Source of the DNA: Myxococcota bacterium
GTDB taxonomy: Bacteria; Myxococcota; JACRCW01
NCBI GenBank assembly: GCA_040752415.1
Contig: JBFMGU010000099.1
Span: 1-36,063, forward strand
Direction: 5' to 3'
Length of the DNA: 36,063 bases
Position numbers and translations under genes: made by a program. Position 1 is the stretch's first letter; every line of letters starts with the position of its first letter. Below are positions 35,564-36,063 of this stretch, piece by piece. The notes beneath the pieces are model-generated. The model did not search any database, was not told the DNA's origin, and saw only the letters and a program-made list of their open reading frames with translations.

Positions 35564-36036
35564 TACAGGCCACCCCGGAGGGGCGCCGCATGGTTGAGCG
35601 TGGAATCCAGGTCGACCTGACCTTCTGGCCGCTGGTGGTGCAGCGCGTGGGGACCACGTTCCTCGTCGAGGACATGCACGCGTACATCAAGGAGCTGGAC
35701 GCGTTGATGGCGCGTCGGGACCGTTTTGCCTCCGTGGTGCTGGTGAAGCAGAAGGGCACCATGGACCGCGCCGTGATCGGCATGTACGGCGACTGGGTCA
35801 AGAAGAACACCGTGGACATGAAGAACTACTACCTGGGTTGCGCCTTCGTGTTCCCCGGGGAGGTCTTCCGCTTCATCCTCTCCGCCATCCTGCTGGCCGC
35901 GCCCGCGCCGGTGCCGCACGCGGTCTTTGGGAAGGCGGAGGAGGCACGGGACTGGGCGGGGCGGAAGCTGGTCGACGCCGGTATCCGGGTGCCGCGGGTG
36001 AGTGTCGAGCAGATGTGGGCTGAGACGTTGTCGTGA
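35560..36036 (+). CDS. Hypothetical protein, SpoIIAA/SEC14-like fold suspected
   Basis: ATGA overlap with the upstream stop; WPLVV…VF…EEARDWA pattern. Confidence 0.65.
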   Translation: MIQATPEGRRMVERGIQVDLTFWPLVVQRVGTTFLVEDMHAYIKELDALMARRDRFASVVLVKQKGTMDRAVIGMYGDWVKKNTVDMKNYYLGCAFVFPGEVFRFILSAILLAAPAPVPHAVFGKAEEARDWAGRKLVDAGIRVPRVSVEQMWAETLS

Positions 36037-36063
36037 CGGACTCGCTTGCATGGTGGGGCGGGC

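Noticed and set aside
1..36063. Genome-wide UGA reassignment (genetic code 4 or 25) as the explanation for the read-throughs
   Set aside because: Conserved genes (trxA, hemA, hemC, rplS, rpmB) end at TGA at expected lengths, and TGATG/ATGA couplings use TGA as stop.

Overview
High-GC bacterial chromosomal segment, very likely Myxococcota/Deltaproteobacteria (MYXO-CTERM-like sorting tail, Cys-rich lipoproteins, FHA-DUF4388 protein, eukaryotic-like Ser/Thr kinase). About 41 densely packed CDS. Housekeeping genes include ppk1 (partial; absent from the ORF track), trxA, ccsA-hemA-hemC, rplS, rpmB, bamD, a Pal/OmpA gene with cpoB, a Nif3-like gene and namZ; many others are secreted or hypothetical. 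I found no tRNA, rRNA, CRISPR array or transposase. The main result is two genes that the ORF track ends at an in-frame TGA but that look like unannotated selenoproteins. One is a CxxC redoxin ending ...FRPG-U-MSRAAP (9604-10092). The other is a 123-aa protein I do not recognise, with a C-T-U motif (21079-21450). In both, a hairpin starts exactly 11 nt after the UGA and has a G in the first two loop positions, which is bacterial SECIS geometry. Also notable: two roughly 200-nt intergenic elements bounded by long inverted repeats (21477-21671, 33128-33332), a probable pseudo-enzyme of the Old Yellow Enzyme fold, and a stand-alone nitrilase-fold protein of unknown function. All family calls come from motif recognition by eye; no database searches were run.
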